Shown here in pieces: positions 60,412 to 64,000 of a stretch of 64,000 bases of DNA; within the stretch, counting starts at the first letter, position 1, and each line of letters begins with the position of its first letter. Location: the NCBI GenBank assembly GCA_040772485.1, contig JAXGYC010000007.1, positions 896,001-960,000 on the forward strand, read 5' to 3'. The notes under the pieces were generated by a model. That model made no database searches. It had not been told where the DNA came from and saw only the letters and a program-made list of their open reading frames with translations. Both the position numbers and the translations under genes were made by a program. Source of the DNA: Sedimentisphaerales bacterium (lineage in GTDB: Bacteria > Planctomycetota > Phycisphaerae > Sedimentisphaerales > Anaerobacaceae).

Positions 60412-60502
60412 AAGTGTGAAGTGTTGAAGTGTGAAGTGTGAAGTTTCAAGTAAGAGGTGTTGCATTCAGCGGCGCAACTTCACACTTCACACTTCAAACT
60501 TG
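60412..60502. repeat. AAGTGTG/CACACTT heptamer inverted repeat
   Basis: About 5 units, a spacer, then about 3 reverse-complement units, between two genes of one operon. Confidence 0.9.
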
Positions 60503-60523
60503 AGATTTTCGATAGGAGTTGGC

Positions 60524-61303
60524 ATGGAGAACCTTTTCGATCTTTCGGGAAAAGTGGCGGTCGTCACAGGCGCCAGCCGGGGTCTGGGCCAGTACTTCGG
60601 ACGGGCGCTGGCGCGGGCCGGCGCGGACCTGGTCATCACCAGCCGCGACACGTCGCGACTTTCGGAATTTCGGGCGGAAATCGAGAGCTTGGGCCGCAGA
60701 GCGTTGCCCGTCAAGCTCGACGTGCTCAATGAAAGCGAGATCCAGAGCATGGTGCGTACGGCCATCGCCGAGTACGGCAGGATCGACATCCTGGTCAATA
60801 ACGCCGGGCTGAACATCCGCAGGCCCGCCGCCGAGTTCACCTGGAAGGACTGGGACACCGTCCTGGACACGAACCTCAAGGGGGCTTTTTTCGTCGCGCA
60901 GGCGGTCGGCAGGGAGATGATCAAGCGCCGGTATGGGCGGATCATCAACGTCGGCTCCTGTACGTGCGTCTTCGGCATGGAGGGCATCGGCCCGTACTGC
61001 GCCAGTCGCGGCGGCGTTCTCCAGGTCAGCCGGAGCCTGGCTGCCGAGTGGGGCCGGCATGGCATCACCGTCAATGTGCTGGCGCCCGGCTGGTTCAAGA
61101 CCGCCCAGAACAAGGTCCTCTACGACAACAAACCCTGGGTTGAGTATATCACCGATCGCATCCCCCTCGGTCGGCCCGGGCAGCCCAAGGACCTCGACGG
61201 AACCGTCATCTTCCTGGCCTCCGACGCCTCGGCCTACGTCACCGGCCAGATCATCCTCGTGGACGGTGGCTTCACCACCGGGGCAACCAAGGCTATCGTA
61301 TGA
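60524..61303 (+). CDS. SDR oxidoreductase (gluconate 5-dehydrogenase-like)
   Basis: TGASRGLG, LVNNAG, APGWF and VDGG; SD AGGAG. Confidence 0.9.
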   Translation: MENLFDLSGKVAVVTGASRGLGQYFGRALARAGADLVITSRDTSRLSEFRAEIESLGRRALPVKLDVLNESEIQSMVRTAIAEYGRIDILVNNAGLNIRRPAAEFTWKDWDTVLDTNLKGAFFVAQAVGREMIKRRYGRIINVGSCTCVFGMEGIGPYCASRGGVLQVSRSLAAEWGRHGITVNVLAPGWFKTAQNKVLYDNKPWVEYITDRIPLGRPGQPKDLDGTVIFLASDASAYVTGQIILVDGGFTTGATKAIV

Positions 61304-61415
61304 ACGAAATTGAGCGGCGGGTGATAGAAATCCAGCCATCGTGCGTCTGTAAGGATAGAATCATCTCAGACCTGCACGCAGGCGGGGAACCGGCCCTGCG
61401 CGGAAAGGAACGGCC

Positions 61416-62282
61416 ATGTTGACATCGAACAAAATGATCGCGTTGTACATCCTCCTCGCCCTGCTCGGCGTCGGTGTGGGCGCGTGGTTTCTGCTGCGCC
61501 ACACGCTCCGCAGCCGGCTGCGCATGAAGAAGCTGCTCCAGGCCGATCCCGACATGAATGACTGGCTCATCGTCTTCGGCTGGACGCCCAAGGTCCTCTA
61601 CGTCCCCACCATGGCGGCTTCGCTGCTGGCCTCGGTCCTGATGTTCCTGAAGGAGACCGAATGGAGTGTGCTGGCCTCGATCAATCCGAGGGTCATCGGC
61701 GGCATCTGGTTCGCGATCTTCATCATCAATCTGATCATCGAAGAGTATGACGTCAGCATCAAGCTGCTGATCATCGGCATCATCGGGCTGGGTTTTCTGT
61801 TCCTCTGGCTCCATCTGGTCGGCTGGGTGGGCGGATTCCTCCGGGTCTTCCGCCATCTGGGGTTCTCGATCAGCGGGACCGGCTATCTCCTCGTCACCCT
61901 CATCGGACTGCTGACGATTTTCGTCTCCTGGGTGCGAGGCATGTTCTACTATGTCGCGATCACCCCCAATTACATGAATCTCCAGGAAGGCCCGACCGAG
62001 ACGGGCGAGCAGATCAGCCGGGAAGACTACAACACGCGAATCGACACCGGCGATTTCGTAGAACGGCTCTTCGGCTTCGGACGCATCGTCATCACGTTCA
62101 AGGAAAAATCTCGCCTGCCGCTGACACTGCTGACCTGGAACATCCAGGGCAAGGCCCAGATGCTCGAACGCGTGCGGGCCAAGTATGCGGTCGACCTTCC
62201 TCAACACCATCCGGCGCCCGCTCCGGTGTTTCCACCGGCCGGTCCCCCGCCGATCCCGCCTGCCAGTCCGCCGCAGCCGTAG
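61416..62282 (+). CDS. Hypothetical multi-pass membrane protein with Pro-rich tail
   Basis: SD AAGGAA; several TM helices; ERLFGFGRIVI. Confidence 0.7.
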   Translation: MLTSNKMIALYILLALLGVGVGAWFLLRHTLRSRLRMKKLLQADPDMNDWLIVFGWTPKVLYVPTMAASLLASVLMFLKETEWSVLASINPRVIGGIWFAIFIINLIIEEYDVSIKLLIIGIIGLGFLFLWLHLVGWVGGFLRVFRHLGFSISGTGYLLVTLIGLLTIFVSWVRGMFYYVAITPNYMNLQEGPTETGEQISREDYNTRIDTGDFVERLFGFGRIVITFKEKSRLPLTLLTWNIQGKAQMLERVRAKYAVDLPQHHPAPAPVFPPAGPPPIPPASPPQP

Positions 62283-62366
62283 GATCAGTCCCGGCGTCCG
62301 TCGGGATGCCCGTGCCGGTTAGATTCCTTGCACGCGACGCGGCAATCCGCATAATGGCGATGTGCG

Positions 62367-62936
62367 ATGCCCGGACCATCGCCGGATCAATGTGCGGAGT
62401 CCACTGTGCAGTCGGATCGGGAACTGATCGATGCCATCAACGCAGGCGATGCGGACGCCTTCGAGCGGCTCTACCTTCGCTACCGCGATTGGGTCTACCG
62501 CCTGGCCTGGCGGCTCACAGCCAACCACGCCGATGCGCTCGACGTGTTGCAGGAGACGTTCACGTACCTGCTCAAGAAGTTCCCCGGCTTCGTCCTGACC
62601 GCGTCGATGACCACATTTCTCTACCCCGTGGTCAAGCATATCGCCCTGAACCTGCGAGCGCGCAGATCCCCCGGCCAGGTTGGCGACGACGTACTTGGGA
62701 GCCTTCCGGTTCCCGAATCCTCGCAGGCTTCGCGGAGCGAACTGGCCGCCGCATTGAGGGCCCTGTCGGCCGAGCAGCGCGAAGTCGTCCTGATGCGATT
62801 TGTCGATGGACTGCCGCTGCACGACATCTCCATCGCACTCGACATCCCGCTCAATACGGTTAAGTCACGCCTCTACAATGCCTTACGCACACTCCGAGAC
62901 GACCCGAGGACCCGCGACTACTTCCTGGGCGAGTAG
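62367..62936 (+). CDS. ECF sigma factor
   Basis: DALDVLQETF and IPLNTVKSRLYNAL. Confidence 0.92.
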   Translation: MPGPSPDQCAESTVQSDRELIDAINAGDADAFERLYLRYRDWVYRLAWRLTANHADALDVLQETFTYLLKKFPGFVLTASMTTFLYPVVKHIALNLRARRSPGQVGDDVLGSLPVPESSQASRSELAAALRALSAEQREVVLMRFVDGLPLHDISIALDIPLNTVKSRLYNALRTLRDDPRTRDYFLGE

Positions 62937-62975
62937 AAAATCTCAGCCAGATTGAAAAAAAATCCGGCGTGCCAT

Positions 62976-63003
62976 GAACTTCTTGGCCTTCTGAGCTGCT
63001 CAA
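62976..63003 (+). promoter_or_regulatory. Possible ECF promoter GAACTT-N16-GCTCAA
   Basis: sigmaE-like -35 preceded by an A tract, located between the sigma gene and its partner. Confidence 0.4.
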
Positions 63004-63023
63004 CACTCTGGAAACGGATACCT

Positions 63024-63494
63024 ATGAACGAAGAACGACGACAATTCGATAACGAGCCGGACCTGAAGGTCAGAGAGAGATTCTCGGAGGATCTGGGCAG
63101 GTTGTTCGCCCCGGACCGGCCGATTCCATCCGATATCGACCGGGCTGTCGCGGAGGCGGCCCGGCGGCGCTTCGCGCGTCCCCAGCGAAGGCTCTGGTGG
63201 CTCCGGTGGGCCGTCCCGGCGACCGCCGCAGCCGCCATCGCGATCGCCTGCCTCTGGTGGGTACATCCCGGGGCAGCGCCGTCTGTTGCTCCGAGCCCCC
63301 GGCTCTCACAAACAGCGACGGACATTGATGGGAACGGCAGGGTCGACATCCTCGACGCCTTCACGCTCGCCCGGCACATCGAGGCCAGGCAGCCGACGGA
63401 GGCAATGTGGGACTTCAACAGCGACGGCCTGATCGACCGCCGCGATGTGGACGCCGTGGCATTGGCCGCGGTGCGTCTGAACAAGGGAGTCTGA
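63024..63494 (+). CDS. Putative anti-sigma factor with C-terminal dockerin type I-like domain
   Basis: TM helix then two calcium-binding-type repeats, DIDGNGRVDILDA and DFNSDGLIDRRDV. Confidence 0.8.
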   Translation: MNEERRQFDNEPDLKVRERFSEDLGRLFAPDRPIPSDIDRAVAEAARRRFARPQRRLWWLRWAVPATAAAAIAIACLWWVHPGAAPSVAPSPRLSQTATDIDGNGRVDILDAFTLARHIEARQPTEAMWDFNSDGLIDRRDVDAVALAAVRLNKGV

Positions 63495-63496
63495 CC

Positions 63497-64000
63497 ATGA
63501 AGCGATCCGCACTGACAGCATTGGTCGTCGCATGCCTGATCGTGACGCTCCTGGCCCCTCGGACGGGCAAGGGCAGCCGACCGGCCGAGCCAGGCGTTCG
63601 ATTCGCGCCCGTGCACATCTATCTCGATTCGGGCGACACCCCCTTGGCGGCCTACCAGTTCGAACTCGTTTGTAGTGTGCCCGTGAGGGCATCAGAGAGT
63701 AACGCCTCACGGCGTCACTACGAACGCGTCGTCAAGATCGTCGGCGTCGAAGGCGGCGAGCACCCGGCGTTCAACAACGCCCCTTACTATGACCCGGCGG
63801 CACTGGCCAATAACCGCATCATCATCGCCGCCTTCAGCACCGGCGCCGATTTGCCCAAAGGCCGCACCCGCATCGCCACCATCCACCTGCAAATCGCTGG
63901 CGACGCCGAACCGGAGTACGAACTGAAGCTCGCCGTCGCCGCCGACGCCGATGGCCGCGAGACCCCCGCCGAACTCACCCTGCAAACAGGAGAGGACCAA
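63497..64000 (+). CDS. Secreted cohesin-like protein (runs off the window; missing from the ORF track)
   Basis: MKRSALTALVVACLIVTLLA signal peptide; VHIYLDSGDTPLAAYQFEL...IATIHL beta-strand pattern. Confidence 0.65.
   Translation, partial: MKRSALTALVVACLIVTLLAPRTGKGSRPAEPGVRFAPVHIYLDSGDTPLAAYQFELVCSVPVRASESNASRRHYERVVKIVGVEGGEHPAFNNAPYYDPAALANNRIIIAAFSTGADLPKGRTRIATIHLQIAGDAEPEYELKLAVAADADGRETPAELTLQTGEDQ
63668..63725 (+). repeat. Family B palindrome inside a CDS
   Basis: GTTTGTAGTG...CACTACGAAC; translated as VCSVPVRASESNASRRHYER. Confidence 0.9.

Overview
High-GC bacterial chromosome segment. The gene content (many ECF sigma factors, secreted LamG/PA14 proteins with dockerin-like tails, a prepilin-type H-X9-DG-like protein) suggests Planctomycetota, probably Phycisphaerae/Sedimentisphaerales; this is inferred. 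No rRNA, tRNA or CRISPR array was seen. Main contents: housekeeping and carbohydrate genes; an accessory tract at about 8.0-16.0 kb (pRiA4b ORF-3, XhoI/PaeR7I-type restriction-modification pair, orphan Toprim-AAA gene, toxin-antitoxin genes) dense in GTAG-type palindromes and heptamer palindromes, several of them inserted in frame inside genes; three tandem ECF/anti-sigma modules that share a TAGACTAA-N15-YGT upstream motif, with anti-sigma partners carrying a signal-peptidase-like AxA site and, in two of three, an internal SD plus ATG; an uncharacterised two-gene module that looks like a toxin-antitoxin pair; a decayed IS1380 element; three domain-shuffled secreted PA14/LamG genes with conserved long leaders; a sugar-acid catabolic operon; and, at the right edge, an ECF sigma / dockerin-bearing anti-sigma / cohesin-like gene cluster. 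All family calls come from reading motifs by eye, not from database searches.
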